Shown here piece after piece: positions 61,871 to 64,000 of a stretch of DNA of 64,000 nucleotides. A model generated the notes under the pieces. That model made no database searches. It saw nothing but the letters and a program-made list of their open reading frames with translations, and was not told the DNA's origin. Position numbers and translations under genes: made by a program. The DNA is taken from assembly GCF_009914755.1 (NCBI RefSeq), contig NC_060931.1. The stretch is one strand, 5' to 3'. The stretch is from the human T2T-CHM13v2.0 reference genome, Homo sapiens. The first letter of the stretch is position 1; the number at the start of each line of letters is the position of its first letter.

Positions 61871-63095
61871 GTTTAATGACTCCCTAAAACTATTAAAATC
61901 ACATTCCTAAAGTATGTATTTTGAAGGTTTCCCAATATGCTCCTTGATATAAATAAAAGCTGGTAAATCCATGACTATGTCACACACTTAGTCATCACTT
62001 CAGCGATCTGGCTTCACTTTGCTCATCTGTAAAACAGTAGACTAGGCAAGTGGCCATCTAGGATGCCCCCAGTCACAAAAATAAAAAACTCAAATTATTT
62101 TCAGAGACATTTACATCTAAGATAAAGCTTAGAGATAATGAACACAACATCCTTTTCAATGATTAAAAAATTGGGGTTCTAAAAATAGAGATGACTTGTC
62201 CAAGATCAGGTTAAAGGTCAAGTTCACATAGAGGAATGCTGGGAATGAAACATTCATCAGCCAGTTAACAATTTGGTGCTCTCCTCTGTCTCTTCATCTA
62301 TTCCAAGAGATGTTTCTGAAAGGAAAATATCAAATATAACAGAAACCAAAATAAAATTGCCAAGCTACTTTCTAAAATGTCATCTTCAGCATTAATATTA
62401 TTGTAAAATTTTTAAATATTATATCCATGTAAAACAAATTAAAAACAAACCAGAAAACTCAAACTGCTCACAAAAAGTGTGGTCTAGGTCTTGCTCCTCT
62501 TTCTTTTGCTTAAAGCCCTCCTTTCAAAGGATGATCGATGGTGAATTTTGTGCTACACCAAAAATCATGGCAGTAATAACAAAGAGGTAGGTATTTGCAA
62601 ACCACAAACCTAAAAGAAATCTAGAAAGATAAAAATATAAAGTGTAAAACAACACTAGAAACAGAACAAATGGGTTACCTCTGCTAAAGAAAAAAGTAAT
62701 TTTAAAAGTTTGCAGTATAAATTATATTCACCTTTGATTTTATTTAGTTTGGTTTACATAAATTTCAAATATCAAATCAAATTTCACATACAGATTTTAC
62801 TCTGTATTTATGGTGGTGTTTTCTCTAAAAGCTTAATTTCAAAAGCTGAAGAATGAAGGAACACCCTAATCAGATAAAAGTCTCGATCAAGTTCTGTGAA
62901 GGAATACTACGCCCTTCGATGTCAGCACAGAACATTATTAAATCATAGGTCTAAATGTTATCCTTATATTTTATTGGGATCAAATTATAAAACTTGGAAG
63001 GCTCTTACAAATCTTACTTTAAAGAATTGCACCAACTTAAATTTTCTTTTTATGGAAGAATAACCTCAGATAAATTGACTTTATCATCTAAGACT

Positions 63096-63708
63096 ATGCA
63101 GTCCAATATAGCAGACACTAGCCACATGTAATATGAGCACTTGAGATACGGCTGGTATGAATTCAGATGAGCTCTAAATGTAAAATTCACACTGGATTTT
63201 GAAGACTTAGTAACAAAAAATTAAAATGTCTCATTAATAAATCCATGTATTTATAGTTATAAAAATTATTTCATGTTGATATATTGTATATATCTAAATT
63301 TTATATAACTACATTTATATATTACATATTTACATATGTATATTATATATTCTGCTTTATATTTAATTATATTTTTTGCTTATTTATTACTTTTTTATAT
63401 TTTACGTTGAAACAATATTTTGAATATTTTGGGTTAGATCAAATAAATTATCAATTTAATTTAAGCTGTTTCTTTTTAGTTTTTGTTTGTTTTGAGACAG
63501 GGTCTTACTGTGTTGCCCAGGCTGGTCTTGAACTCCTAGGCTCAAACAATCCTCCCACCTCAGCCTCCTGAGTAGCTGGAATTATAAGCATGGCACACGC
63601 CACAGCCCCCACCTTATTTCTTTTTAGTTTTTAAGCCAAAAATATTTTACTACTAGAATGTTTTAAATTATATATGTGGCTGCTGTTATATTTTTGTTGG
63701 AGAGCCTC
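63096..63708 (-). mobile_element. MER33-like element containing an AT-rich tract and a nested Alu monomer
   Basis: gtccaatatagcagacactagccacatgt...cactggattttgaagacttagt...tatatgtggct. Confidence 0.75.
63471..63610 (-). mobile_element. Free Alu monomer (FLAM-like)
   Basis: Single reverse monomer with T-rich tail. Confidence 0.8.
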
Positions 63709-64000
63709 AGTCTAAGGCATCAAACAAATCAAAAAAGAGCTAGAAATTAATTCTATAACTTCGGTCACCAATATTCTGTACTAGTTACAAATACCCTTAA
63801 ACAGTTATTTCTGCTCAGAATCTCTGACATTCTGTCAGAGATGTCATTACAAAAATAAAATCATATGTATCTTCTTTTGAAATAACCTACAAAATGATTG
63901 TACTCCATATTTTTACAAGTTTAAAAAGGTCCAAATCTGTGTGCACAATGTACTATTTGTGTCAAATTAGATTTATGTGAATAGTAAGTGAAGTGGTGGG

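Overview
Primate (very likely human) genomic DNA from inside ICA1 (islet cell autoantigen 1, ICA69; arfaptin-homology/BAR protein), transcribed on the minus strand. Five exons were located with GT-AG boundaries and consistent phases: exon 2 46509-46604 (ATG at 46525), exon 3 43189-43354, exon 4 39200-39272, exon 5 31874-31997 and exon 6 28904-29102. They give 579 nt of [19 protein letters not shown]...KQMEKFRK (193 aa). Exon numbering is from recall; the non-coding first exon lies right of the window and later exons lie left of it. The rest is intron filled with Alus, one full-length decayed L1PA (50024-56172, + strand), old L1M/L2/MIR fragments, a THE1 solo LTR and MER DNA transposons. Most ORFs in the track are repeat-derived or chance. 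I see no demonstrably new biological system. The best leads are: an open ORF0 in the L1 antisense-promoter region whose GT donor is in phase with ICA1 exon 3; a NAGNAG acceptor; a uORF in exon 2; two candidate poison exons, one resembling a recursive splice site; a strong CTCF motif; and an unexplained ~145-bp diverged duplication. Repeat subfamily calls rest on remembered consensus sequences and most repeat boundaries are approximate.
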